64,000 bases of DNA from the NCBI RefSeq assembly GCF_001194135.2, contig NC_068989.1, positions 38,455,181-38,519,180 on the forward strand, read 5' to 3'. Shown piece by piece: positions 25,459-38,010 of this stretch. Made by a program: the position numbers and the translations under genes. The notes under the pieces were generated by a model, which did no database searches, was not told the origin of the DNA, and saw nothing but the letters and a program-made list of their open reading frames with translations. Numbering within the stretch: position 1 is the stretch's first letter; each line of letters begins with the position of its first letter. The DNA comes from Octopus bimaculoides. Taxonomy: Eukaryota.

Positions 25459-26165
25459 GAAGAGGGAAAATGAAAATAATGTTTTTTACAAAAATATAAA
25501 AAATATATAAAAAAATAAATATACCTGTACATTATATTGTCTTTGAATTTTTAAAGTTCAATGGTAATCCATGTAGATAATTGTTAGATAGATTAGGATG
25601 CATAGAATTAAGAATCATGTTGTGTTTAAAAAAGGCTGAGAGTTTGTGTCAAAACAGGAAGTGTGTGTAAGGGAAGACAATTCTGTGGTTGACTCTTTGT
25701 CAACAGGAAGTTTATGTCTGTTCTTAAAGAAACAAGAAATAAATTTATATGTATTTCAATGGGTAGGCGAGAGAAAGGAATATGGTCACCAAGGAGTTTG
25801 TATGTTAAGAAGCGCTTGGAATTTCTCTATAAAAAAGATTCTTTCTTGTGTAGAGATTCTGTCTTTACATTCCTGTTGACAAAGAGTCCATAACTCTAAC
25901 TAAAGAGTATAAAACCCACAGAATTGTCTTCCCTTACACACACTTCCTGTTTTGACACCACACTTCCTGTTTAACACATAAACTCTCAGCCTTTTTTAAA
26001 CACAACATGATTCTTAATTCTATGCATCCTAATCTATCTAACAATTATCTACATGGATTATCATTGAACTTTAAAAACTTAAAGACAATATAATGTACAG
26101 GTATATTCATTTTTTTATGTATTTTTAATATTTTTGTAAAAAACATTATTTTTATTTTCCCTCTT
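25459..26165. mobile_element. Long-TIR foldback/MULE-like non-autonomous element (~250-bp arms)
   Basis: 25459-25710 is the reverse complement of 25870-26165 with a few mismatches and two indels. The termini read (aa)gagggaaaat. The left flank is in a gap, so the TSD cannot be tested. Confidence 0.75.
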
Positions 26166-26329
26166 GAAAATTTGCCATGCAATGAATGCTGGTGAGAAAT
26201 CCTTTTAATCCTCCTTATACACAACTATATTAAAATATGCTTTCAGTTTAGCATTCTGCCTTATTATTATTATTTTTTATTTTCCTATCATTTCTCCACG
26301 TGCGGTTAACACAACTCCATCATTTACTG

Positions 26330-26362
<33 letters not shown>

Positions 26363-27615
26363 CACGCACACACACACACACACAAACTACATTCTCTTAC
26401 TTTCACATACACACACACAAAATTCAGTCAGGTTTCATGGAGAAAATGTAAAGCAATTACTGTAACTGATGTAAACATCAGCCTGACTTAGGTCAGCCTC
26501 ACTGAGTGAAAATATGATCAAATGCATTCCAGCCAAGACCACCCTGTCTTGTTTTAGAAACAGTGTGTATAACACATTTTCTAATATGTTCATTTTAAGG
26601 ATAGTATAAAGCACGATTTAAGTGTAGTTTAGCTGCTATTTCTCACAGATCATTTGATTGCATTGTGGTCTCTCTAGTTGACTCTCTCAGTCCATTGCTG
26701 GAGTTGGGATGGGTTAAGAAGTGCAGAGTTTTAGGTCAAACAAAGTCATTTATTAACTTTCTGGAGGTTCCTCTTGAAGCAGTTATATTTGAATGCAATA
26801 CTTTACATTTGGTGACATTTACTAATTTCCAGTTGATTTTTGTAGTTTTTGTTAATAAATCATCATCACCATCAGCAACAGCAGCAGTAACTGTAGGACA
26901 AGTATGTAATGGCAGCTGAACATATAATAAATCATTTATGTACCATTGGATTGAGATTTATTAATGTGGATAGTGCAGACATACCTCAACTTAATTGTTT
27001 CTGTCAGCTGTTTGAGAATTGTTAGAAAGGGAAGGGTGGAAGTTTACCAATCAGCTGACCTTCATATGTATGTAGTAAGGGATGTTGTGGGATGTTTAGA
27101 TGTAAAGTGAGATGTAAAGACAGAGCAATGGTCAGAACACTGCATAGGGAAGTACAGTAACATCCAAAAAGAGATTACTGTCTGTGTTGTAGTTTAGCTT
27201 CATTGAACAGCATAATAACCAAAGGTATTTCAGCCGTAAATAACTTATCTTTGTTGTTTCGTTTATTGTGGTTTTAGTGTTTTCTGGACTACATTAGAAA
27301 ATGTGGTGTTCCTTTTTTTAAAAGCATAAGTTATGATTTAAGGCTTCGCTGTTATTCTTAACAGTTCTAGGAAATATGTGATGGCTCAGTTGCTGGATCA
27401 GCTAAATATAACTTGAATTTAGACTTAAAGAAAAATCAATTTTCCTTGGTGAGTAAGTATATTTGTCTAATGTAAAAGATTACCGAGTTTGGGACTTGTA
27501 TAAAAATGAGTAGTGAAGCTGTATGGTTTACAGAGCCTTAAGAATAAAAATCTCAAAAGAAGAGGAGTTGACATGATTACCATTGGCAAGGAGTAATCAA
27601 ATATGAAAAAATTCT

Positions 27616-27801
27616 GAGAGAAAGTAATCGAATAACAGTTAATTATGAGAGGAAGTAATTGAATAACAGTTAATTATGAGGGAAAATAATTAAATAAATG
27701 ATAATTATGGAAGGAAGTAATTAAATAGCTCATAACTATGAGAGGAAGTAATCAAATAACTGTTAATTATAAGAGAAAATAATTAAATACCTGTTAATTA
27801 T
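27616..27801. repeat. 31-bp minisatellite, 6 imperfect units
   Basis: The unit gagaggaagtaattgaataacagttaattat is repeated 6 times with no spacers. Confidence 0.9.
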
Positions 27802-28499
27802 GGGAGGAGTTTTGAGATCAGTCAGTGGAGGAGTTTAGAGTTGAAGTGCTTAATGTGTAGCTATTGTTGAAAACAATGAAAGGAAGGAGATGGGTGGAAG
27901 GATGATCAGATTTATACAAGTTTAATCTTTATATTTGAGAAAGAATTTGGGCAAGAGAGCACGTAGAGAAAAAATGAGTAAGGCTGGAGGGGAAATTTTG
28001 ATGATGGCTGCAGACGTTTGGGCAGAGAAATGAGTATTCATTGGAATTAGTATGATTTTAATTTTTACACTTTGAAATATCTTCTTGAATAATTAAACTG
28101 TTCAGTTCATAAGTTTCCACATACTAATAAGATTTTCTCGGCATTGTAACAAATGAAATGGCTGAGTGATATACATGTATGTATAAATTTAATATTCCAA
28201 TTTTTCCATGCATACATAGTTCAGGTGGAATTCATTTAAAACAGATTTTCTGTATCTGGATGCCCTCCCTGTTGCAAACTTCACCAAACATGGTAATATT
28301 TTACTATGGTCAGGTATGTTTTCATGGAAGATTAAAAATGAAAACCTCTACTTGTATGACAGGCAGTGCTCTTTTATATCTATCACAAGATGAGAAAACA
28401 AGAAGTCAAGGGGATTACAGTCAGGTGAGTTGAGAGTTCAAATCTTAGGTGCAGTGTGATCAGAGAAATTCTACGACTGCCAGGCTTGGGTCTTCCAGC

Positions 28500-29095
28500 T
28501 GGTGCAGTAGAGTGCAGAGATTTTCTCCCTCATGTATGACCTCTGGTGATACCAAAGACCATGACTGTCGCTGGAAATTTTGTCTGCATTAATCTGGGCA
28601 AGTTCTTGGGTGAGACAGCAAACCACCTTTAGTTCTGGTAGTTAACCTTCTGGTCTTGGCAGAAATTCTTCTCATTGGAGAAGAACCACAGCATGTCTGA
28701 CTCCAGCAAATATTTCAACTTGTTGATCAACTTTTTAGTGTGCTTGAGTTACTTTCTCTGTATTGCCTTAGACTAAAATTGTCCTGTCCTCATCTTATAG
28801 GAAAAGTTGCAGATGTCTTCATGCACCCCTAGCCTGATGAGCTTTTCATCCACACCTTTCTCCGGTATATTGACATGCATTGATTTGCTGGGATGATCAA
28901 TGAATATGGCATTCTGATTGCATTGTATTGTTGATTATGAGTTTTCCTCTCTGCTGTCACTTCGTTATCAGAACTTGAATCTTCCAGCTCCTTTCTAACC
29001 TTTTCCACCGTCTTTCTGCTGATGTTGAAGAAGTCTGAAATCTCCTTGTTTGTCCTTCTGGCACAGATTCCAAGGACTTCCTCCCTCTACCATAA
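28500..29095 (-). mobile_element. DD37D (maT-like) mariner transposase, N-terminal half, pseudogenised
   Basis: The minus strand encodes …RTNKEISDFFNISRKTVEKVRKELE… and WFFSNEKNFCQDQKVNYQN*RWFAVSP…MQTKFPATVMVFG. Confidence 0.85.
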
Positions 29096-29339
29096 ATTAG
29101 GTGAGTGGGGGTTCAAAATTTTCCGTAGTCAATTATTCTCCAAAAGATAAAGCAAAAGTGGTTGTTGTTTTTAAGAAAAAGACCGACAAGAAAGTAATAA
29201 ATAAAATGTGTGTAAAATTAGCAGTTGAAAATTGTGAGCAAAATCTGTCCACACCATGTATGTATGTGTGCGTGCGTGTGTGCATGCATGCGTGTTTGCA
29301 TGCATGCGTGTGTGCATGCTATCTGAATCTCAATCTAGC

Positions 29340-30090
29340 CTCCGATCCGGTAGAGGGATGATGGATGTGATTTTCACAGCAAGACAGATGCAGGAGAAGT
29401 GCTATGAGCAGAATATGGATCTCGTCCAGGTATTCATTGATTTAACCAAGGCCTTTGATACTGTGAATAAGGCCTTGCTATGGAAAATACTTGGCAAACT
29501 TGGATGTCTGAATCACTTTGTATCTATAATTAAATCATTTCATGATGAGATGGAGGCTTGGGTCAGTGTTGATGGTGGCATGGTGGGACCCATTCTTGAA
29601 GAGAATGGTATCAAGCAGGGTGACATTTTTCCCCAACTTCCTTTACTTTGTACTTTGCTGCTACTTTTATTTATGCTTTTGCTAAGCTCACTGAGAATAT
29701 ATGTCAGGTATTGATCTTCTGGCTGCTTCTTTAATCTGCGCCAAAACAGATGCTATATGGGGAACTTGTTAGTGGAAGGAGACACCTGCAGAAACCAAGG
29801 TTGTGATTTAAGGACTGTGTCAAGTCCTCATTAAAGGCTTGTGATATGCAGGAGACTGACTGGGAGAGCAATGCCTGTCATCACCACAGATGGAGAAGCA
29901 GGTTAAGGAGGGGGTCAACACCTTTGAAAGAGCATGTATTCTGCATGAAGAATTTAAGCGTGCTGCTCAAAAGTGCACTGCTAGTATAGTGAATGGGGAA
30001 AACTTGGTTTGCAATATTTGCGGTTGTGTATGCTTGTCAAGAGCAGGGCTCATTAGCCACCAACAGAGCTGCAAACGCAAAATATAAGTT
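29340..30090 (+). mobile_element. RTE (BovB-like) LINE fragment, internally deleted
   Basis: GRGMMDVIFTARQMQEKCYEQ…FIDLTKAFDTVN…NGIKQGDIF (RT), joined to C-terminal PRL*FKDCVKSSLKAC and CNICGCVCLSRAGLISHQQSC. Confidence 0.9.
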
Positions 30091-32159
30091 AGTCCTAGAG
30101 CATGCAATGTTCCTAAAGGTTAGCAATGGTCTTCCTTAGTCACAAGTGAATGGCCATCATGTGTGTATGCATGCAAAGCTCAACCACTGCAATGATTTTA
30201 ATTGGTCTATCAATGGTGGCGATTGAAAAACGTTAAGACTTTCTGAAGTAACTACATAACAATCTTTCAGCCAAATTCTTCATTCCATTGCCATTACATT
30301 AGTTCACCCACACAGCATACACATATACACAAGCACACGTATATATACTTCATATTAACAATACTGTTCCCTATTTTCTATAAAAGAGAACCATTATTTG
30401 ATGTCTAAGTATTTATTAGAAGTTTATGCTTCTAAATCACACAATCAATTTTTCCTTTTAACATCATTGCCCTTTTCTCACCTATTTTACTTTTTGCTTG
30501 CAAGTGGATACTCAAGAACTGAGTCTTCCAATGCCAATCCCATACTTCATAAGATATTTTTACTTGATTTCCCAAGAAATATATTATGACTTGAAAATTG
30601 ATAACACCTATGTGATCTATTTCCATTTTCTGTCATGACTTCTCCAACTATTCTCTTAACATTTGACTTGCATGATTTGCAAACGAAAATTAAGATAACA
30701 AAACTGACCTCTTATTAATAGCTTTGAGCACTCTGAATTTAGTTATTTTGATTTCCTTTAGATCATCAGATGAATAAGTTAAATTAGTTGTTATAATTAA
30801 CTAAAAATTAAATGTAGAATGATTAACATACATAGTAGATGCATCTTTAACTGTTAGCACACTGTAGGTGTATCATGTCACCATATGAGTTTTCTCCCCT
30901 GTAGTAACAAGGCGGTGGCAGGGGAAACATTTCTAAAGCAAATGCAGTGGTTTATGGTTGATGTCCTGAATTTCCGATGACATGGTCATTACAGAATTAC
31001 TATTATTCTGATAATTTCTATTGCATCACAGTAGAAGATATCAACCAGACCTGTATAGTATACTTACAATGATATTAAACAAATTTTCAGTAATTCAGCT
31101 ATATAGTAAACTCTCCTTTGCCAGAGGATACATTTAAAGTGGGCTATTAAATGGTTATCCCCAAAATTTGTTGTGGTATAGAAACAAGGAACCTGATAAA
31201 AGTGACAAACCAGCTGAACATGCTCTTAAAGATATTATTGTTTGGATTATATGAAACAATGAAATGGGTTTAAAAATAAGTGAAACTGTTATTGCCAAAT
31301 TTGAAAAAGTACTTGAAATGGATTTGGGAACAGTGAGAGGTATGAAATAGGTAATGCAATAGATTCTAAGAGATCACAAAAGAAACCAAGGATGTCAGGA
31401 GAAATTGGATATATTTCACATAAAACCAAACTTATGGAGAAACATAAAGAAGGCCTTCACCTAGCACTGGGAAAGTAATATCCTTGATTAAATGTTGCAT
31501 TGTTATTTATTTTCAATATTACCCATTTCATCTATAAAATTATTGTGTACCATCCTTTAAATATATATCAAATTTACCTGATGATAAAAAGAATATTTTT
31601 AATCTTATACTTGATGTTATAATCCCTAGATGTAAAACAAAAATGCAAGATCTCAGCTTCAACCTGTTAGGTTGCAATCATCTTTGGTGTGGATAGATCC
31701 ATAACATATTCCTGTAATCAGACTATTTTATTAGTCAATATCAAGAATAAATCATATGATCATGAAGATTTGGCAGTTAGAATGCTTTGGTTTTCAGATG
31801 TTTAATCCACATACTCTCTGATATAACCCTAATATTATAACCTTAATATTATTTGGAGTTATTGGAACCTGAATATTATTTGAAGAGAAGTAAGATTTAT
31901 TCACTGCTTTCCTTGAAGATAGGATGCAGTCTAAATGAAGCATGACATATCATTTCAATGGACTGGGGAAAGGAACTCTAAGCACGAATCAAAGTTTGTG
32001 TTATTCCTGTTGCAGCTATTGCTATGGTTATTTATGATAATGATAATTATGATGATAATTTGGGATATATATACTTTATTGTTTCCATGTAATCTCTGAG
32101 CTATTGATCTCGAAACAAGAACAAGAACAGAACAAATTTGACTAAAGTCGCAATATCAT

Positions 32160-32173
32160 ATGTTTTATGTATG

Positions 32174-32210
<37 letters not shown>

Positions 32211-32401
32211 ATATATGTGTGTATATATCTGTGTGAGTATGTGCATATATGTATGTGTGCATATGTGTGTATGTAAATATGCATATGTGTTTTTGTGTAT
32301 GTATACATGTATATATACCTATGTATCTATATATGTATATATATATCTGTATGTATACATATATTTTTGTATATGTATAGATATATATGTATATATATAT
32401 G

Positions 32402-32440
<39 letters not shown>

Positions 32441-32751
32441 GTTTGCATGTATATATGCATATATATATGAATATATATATATATATATATANNNNNNNNN
32501 NNNNNNNNNNNNNNNNNNNNNNNNNNNNNNNNNNNNNNNNNNNNNNNNNNNNNNNNNNNNNNNNNNNNNNNNNNNNNNNNNNNNNNNNNNNNNNNNNNNN
32601 NNNNNNNNNNNNNNNNNNNNNNNNNNNNNNNNNNNNNNNNNNNNNNNNNNNNNNNNNNNNNNNNNNNNNNNNNNNNNNNNNNNNNNNNNNNNNNNNNNNN
32701 NNNNNNNNNNNNNNNNNNNNNNNNNNNNNNNNNNNNNNNNNNNNNNNNNNN

Positions 32752-32795
<44 letters not shown>

Positions 32796-33261
32796 GCAAT
32801 ATGCTCACCATAACACAAACCTCAAAATAAGCTCTTAGACAACATATGCATATTACAAATAGAATAAGCACATACTACTGTAACAGCAAAAATACATGTT
32901 TCATGAACAATAAAGATCTTGGCCACTATAAAAGAGGTAGCATAGAAGCCAACACTGTTTCATATGCTGATGATGATAGGCAGATAGCTTGAGAAGGTAG
33001 ATAACAATGAATTTCAGAACTTTATTACTGTGTTACTCCAAACTACTGCAAGGGTCTTATAGAGGATTACAAAAGGAAACTCCAACAAGCCAAGAGTAAA
33101 CTGGAACTCCATACCATGTCTAAGGGAAAAGATATATCCTATATATATATACACACACATACACACACAATTATCTATCCATCCATCAACGTTTGTATGT
33201 ATGTATGCATGCTTCTATCTATATATCTATACATAAATAGATCTGCATGTATAAATATGTA

Positions 33262-33353
<92 letters not shown>

Positions 33354-33466
33354 CATACATGTATAGAGCAGTATTTATAAATACATATGTGTGTGTATAT
33401 CATATATGGAGATGCATGTATATACACTGATACACATACATAATTATGTATATATGTACAAATATG

Positions 33467-33497
<31 letters not shown>

Positions 33498-33520
33498 GTG
33501 TGTATGTATGTGTTCATGTG
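32160..33520. repeat. Large (TA)n/(TG)n microsatellite cluster; other long tracts at 14186-14247, 37670-37712, 44146-44210, 47530-47650, 50495-50690, 59800-59865 and 60337-60385
   Basis: Direct dinucleotide repeats, which generate the spurious YI/CV/TH ORFs in the track. Confidence 0.95.
32880..33115 (+). mobile_element. Possible decayed LINE RT fragment
   Basis: aacactgtttcatatgctgatgat encodes NTVSYADD (RT catalytic motif); little else is recognisable. Confidence 0.3.
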
Positions 33521-33889
33521 TTTGTATCATTTGTTATGTAACATGAGCTGTTAGATAAAAATAAAGCTTTATCAATTTATCTAAATGGGGGTGCAGTAGT
33601 CTTTAGTTTTGTGTTGTTCTCATATCTGGAATAAGATTTATTGCTCCCTGAAGGCATAGTTTTCGGAAATGACAATAATGGAACCCACGCATGCACACAT
33701 GCATATACATCCAATCACAAGCTGGAAATGCTTTAAAATAACTTTGTAAGTGTATATGTTCACAATCACATGCAATCTTTTACATACTGGAGTATACAGT
33801 CACATTGCTGTATGTATCTGTGTATGTGTGCAGTGTATGATGTGTATATCTATGTATGATGTCTGTGTATAAATATGTTTAAGTGTGAT

Positions 33890-33925
<36 letters not shown>

Positions 33926-34214
33926 TATATATGTATGTGTGTGTGTATTTGTATACTGAGCCATAGATAATTACTTCATTTTGGTTTTATAACCATATAC
34001 TGAGGCCACTGACTATTTTAGTGTTTTCTTTTTAAGCTGCTTAGATTTTTCTAGGAAACATATTTATTAGTGCCAAAAAACTTGACTTAGGTACTGAATT
34101 CCTGTGGATGTGGTTGTTGGCTGAGTTTAATAACGACTGATGTAAATTGCTATCTGATGTCACCAGTTTCCATTTTTGTTTGATTAATCAAGGAAAACTG
34201 TAATGAACAATAAT

Positions 34215-34432
34215 AATGGGCTTCAAGTTTTGGCATAAAGCCAGCAAGTTAGAGGGAGTGGGTAAGTTACTTATATCGACTCCAGTGCTCAATTGGTACT
34301 TATTTCATTGACCCGGAAAGGATGAAAAGCAAAGTCGACCTCAGCAGAATTTGAACTCAGAACATAAAGACAGACAAAATACTGCTGAGCATTTTCCTGA
34401 AGTGCTAACGATTCTGCCAGCTCTCTGCCTTA
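34215..34432 (-). mobile_element. Family B SINE
   Basis: Reverse complement of the family B consensus (aaagtcgacctcagcagaatttgaactcagaac…gtgctaacgattctgccagctc…gcctt). Confidence 0.9.
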
Positions 34433-34464
34433 ATTAATAATAATAATAATAATGATGATGATGA

Positions 34465-34955
34465 TGGACAAAAAATGAAAGGCAAAAATACTTTGGGACT
34501 TTGATTTCCAAACAGACAAAGTATTAGAGCACCAAAGGCTGGATATAGTAACCTTTAGGAGGGACAAACAAGAGTGCCTAATAATTGATGTGGCAGTGCC
34601 AAGAGATGAGCCTATCATCATGAAAGAAAGAGAAAAAGTTAATGAATATAGATACCTGAGAATTGAGATCGCTAAGATGCAGCAGCTACAAGAGTCAAAC
34701 ATAATGATTATCCCTGTTGTCTTTGGAGCATTGGGTTCAATTCCACTCAATCTGAAAATCATCTAAAAGCCTTAGAAATACCCTACAATCTAGATGTATT
34801 GCAAAAGTCGGCATTACTTGGAACTGCACACATATTGTGTAAAGTACTGTCTGTCTAAGGTCCTTGTGTCTTGACAAACAATACAAACCCCCGGTAGACA
34901 CAATATCTTCAATCAGCAACCTCATGATATTGTATACTATGCGACGTCTGTAGTA

Positions 34956-34960
<5 letters not shown>
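34465..34960 (+). mobile_element. R4/Dong-clade 3' fragment (REL endonuclease + 3' UTR + (TAA)n tail)
   Basis: AKILWDFDFQTDKVLEHQRLDIV…LIIDVAVPRD…KVNEYRYLRIEIAKM…IIPVVFGALGSIP…LQKSALLGTAHILCKVLSV*. Confidence 0.9.
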
Positions 34961-34992
<32 letters not shown>

Positions 34993-34996
<4 letters not shown>

Positions 34997-35210
34997 CCTT
35001 CCTACAATAGGCATGAGGCCTCTCATTTCAAGGGCAGGGATAAGTTGATTACATTGACTACAATATTCAACTGGTACTCATTTTATCGACCTCAAAAGTA
35101 TGGAAGGCGAAGCTAACCCTGGCAGAATTTGAACTCAGAATGTACAGACAGATGAAATTCCACTAAGCATTTTGCCCAGCACCCTAACAATTCTACCAGC
35201 TCACCACCTA
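34993..35210 (-). mobile_element. Family B SINE
   Basis: aataatccttcctac…ggtactcattttatcgacc…gcagaatttgaactcagaatg…ctaagcattttgcccagc…gctcaccacc. Confidence 0.9.
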
Positions 35211-35238
35211 ATAAGAAGAAGAAGAAGAAGAAGAAGAA

Positions 35239-35949
35239 GCTGGAAACACTACTACAGACAGTACATGGATTCACCAAAGAAATAAATATAAAATTTGGCT
35301 TAGAAAAATGTGCCAAAGAAACCTTGAAAAGAGGAAAACTAGTTAAGAGTAGCAACATCACACTAGATAAAACCAATGATATAAGAGAATCAGACCAAAG
35401 CCAGACATACAAATATTTAAGATTCAATGATCAAGATACAATACAACACACACAAATGAAAGAGAAAATAAAGAAAGAATACTATAGACGAGTTAGCTCA
35501 ATATTGAAAACAGAGCTCAATGCTAAAAACAAGATAATAGGTGTCAACACTCTAGTCATCCCAGTTATAAGTTACAACTACAATTTCCTTAACTTGACAC
35601 TAAATGAACTAACCAAAATAGACAGTAAAACAAGAAAAATAATGACAGGATCTAGGATGCACCACCCAAAATCTGACATAGCAAGGCTATATATACAATG
35701 TATAGAAGGTGGCAGAGGCCTTATACAGCTGGAAAACTATTATAAAATAACCATCATAGGACTGCAAAAATACCTACTTCAGAAGCAAGGAAAACTAATA
35801 CAAATAGCCACAAAACACAAGCAAAACAAAAAATTGTTTTCAGTATTTAAGGAAGCTGACAAATACAAACAAGAAGTCATACTATCTAACAAATACGAAG
35901 AAGAAGAAGAAGAAACAACAAAAGCTATAAAACAAATGAAATCCAAACT
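35239..35949 (+). mobile_element. R4/Dong-clade RT/thumb fragment (runs into N-gap)
   Basis: An open frame: …FTKEINIKFGLEKCAK…TYKYL…EYYRRVSSILKTELNAKNKI…IDSKTRKIM…HHPKSDIARLYI…GGRGLIQLE. Confidence 0.9.
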
Positions 35950-36799
35950 NNNNNNNNNNNNNNNNNNNNNNNNNNNNNNNNNNNNNNNNNNNNNNNNNNN
36001 NNNNNNNNNNNNNNNNNNNNNNNNNNNNNNNNNNNNNNNNNNNNNNNNNNNNNNNNNNNNNNNNNNNNNNNNNNNNNNNNNNNNNNNNNNNNNNNNNNNN
36101 NNNNNNNNNNNNNNNNNNNNNNNNNNNNNNNNNNNNNNNNNNNNNNNNNNNNNNNNNNNNNNNNNNNNNNNNNNNNNNNNNNNNNNNNNNNNNNNNNNNN
36201 NNNNNNNNNNNNNNNNNNNNNNNNNNNNNNNNNNNNNNNNNNNNNNNNNNNNNNNNNNNNNNNNNNNNNNNNNNNNNNNNNNNNNNNNNNNNNNNNNNNN
36301 NNNNNNNNNNNNNNNNNNNNNNNNNNNNNNNNNNNNNNNNNNNNNNNNNNNNNNNNNNNNNNNNNNNNNNNNNNNNNNNNNNNNNNNNNNNNNNNNNNNN
36401 NNNNNNNNNNNNNNNNNNNNNNNNNNNNNNNNNNNNNNNNNNNNNNNNNNNNNNNNNNNNNNNTAGACATAGACGGATAGGTACATAGGTAATATGAATA
36501 GACAAGCACACATACACAAATAAAAACTGAAACACATGACCATATACACACACACTTCACTTCACACAAGGACACATATGGAGACACACATCCACATATA
36601 TGGAGATACACATCCATACATACAGACATAATACATAGTCACCAAATCTCGTACACACACACACACAAACACACTCAGACATGCACACACAAGGAGACAG
36701 TGGTACATACATGCATGCAAACAACACACAAAGACGAACACACAAACACAAACATATGCACAATACATGCACAACGATTATAATTTTTATCATTATTAT

Positions 36800-37005
36800 C
36801 AAGGAGGTGAACTGGCAGAAATGTTAGTATACTGGATAAAATGCTTAGCAGCATTTCGTCTGTCATTACTTCCTGAGTTCAAATTCTGCTGAGATCACAT
36901 TTGCCATTCGTACTTTCAGGTTGATAAAATAAGGACCAGTTGAGCACTGGGGTTGATGTAATCAACTTACCACTTCCCTCAAAATTTCAGAAAGGATTAT
37001 TATTA
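36800..37005 (+). mobile_element. Family B SINE
   Basis: aaggaggtgaactggcagaaatgttag…tgagttcaaattctgctgag…ctggggttgatgtaatcaact…aaaggattattatt. Confidence 0.9.
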
Positions 37006-37661
37006 TTAGTACTAGTATTACGATATTATTGCGATGATGATAAAATGTATTTAGGCAGCAACCAGAAAAAGAAACATACAAACATATTACATTTTCCTTT
37101 GTTCTGCTTTTTTTTTTTGTAATGGCTTTAGAAATTCCATTATATTAGTTTGGGAGGTAGAATGAATTGATGGTTAGATTGAGTGATCATCACCACCATC
37201 ATTATCATCATCTTTGTTTTTCTATGCTGGAATAAATTTAATGGTAGGATAGACAAAGAAAAAGGAGTGAGTACCATTATAGAAAGAGCAACAGTCAGAA
37301 AAGAAGTGAGAAAGAAAAAAAAAAGAGACAGGGTGAGAGAAAAAGAGAGAGAAATTTAACTGTTGAAAACAAAAAGAAGTTTTGAAGAGTATCAAAGATT
37401 TTAAGAAGTCGGTGTTTATTTTATGTTTTACCATTATTTGGTTCTGTGTAAGTTTTACGCTAAGACTTTTGTTTGTTTCAAAATCTGTTAATTTTTAGGT
37501 GTGTAGTTTTGAACTGATTTACTACTTTCATGGTTGGTTATAACACCAGGGGTGATTTATTCTGATCTTTTTCTTCCTAAATCTTTACTGCTTGATAAAT
37601 TCATTCATCTTAACATCCATAAATATTGACGTTGGAATTCTTTTATAAATGCATTTTTGTA

Positions 37662-37715
<54 letters not shown>

Positions 37716-37849
37716 CATCACACACATGCTTTTTTTCTTTTGTATCTTTGTCTGTCCATGTCTACCTACCTACAAACCTACCTACCCTCTGCCATGTGCA
37801 CACACATACATATGCGTGTGCATACACTCACATGCACTCACACACACAC

Positions 37850-38010
37850 GACAGGCTTCTTTCTGTTTCATCTTCTGAATCTACTGACAAAGCTTTTGTT
37901 GGCCTCAGGCTATAGTAAAAAACACTTGCCCAAGGTGCCACACAGAGGAACTGAACCCCAAATCAGGTTATTGCAAAGCTTATTTCTTAACCACACACCC
38001 ACACCTGAGC
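37850..38010 (-). mobile_element. Family A SINE 5' part; further partial copies at ~41855-41990 (+), ~46716-46770 (+), ~54330-54430 (-), ~58755-58900 (+) and ~60180-60330 (-)
   Basis: acacttgcccaaggtgccacacagaggaactgaaccc…ttcttaaccacac is the reverse complement of the family A head. Confidence 0.75.

Noticed and set aside
24521-25532. Long ORFs in the track spanning N-gaps (also 32101-32871, 35779-36629, 47854-48248, 58010-58659)
   Set aside because: Their length comes from N codons; the flanks are SINE, LINE or microsatellite sequence.
27616-27801. CRISPR-like appearance of the 31-bp array (also the ~42-bp repeats at 39995-40150)
   Set aside because: The units are contiguous with no unique spacers, there are no cas genes, and the context is eukaryotic. 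The 42-bp repeats are part of an RTE 3' region.
32167-33517. YI/CV/TH-repeat ORFs here and elsewhere
   Set aside because: They are translations of (TA)n, (TG)n and (CA)n microsatellites.
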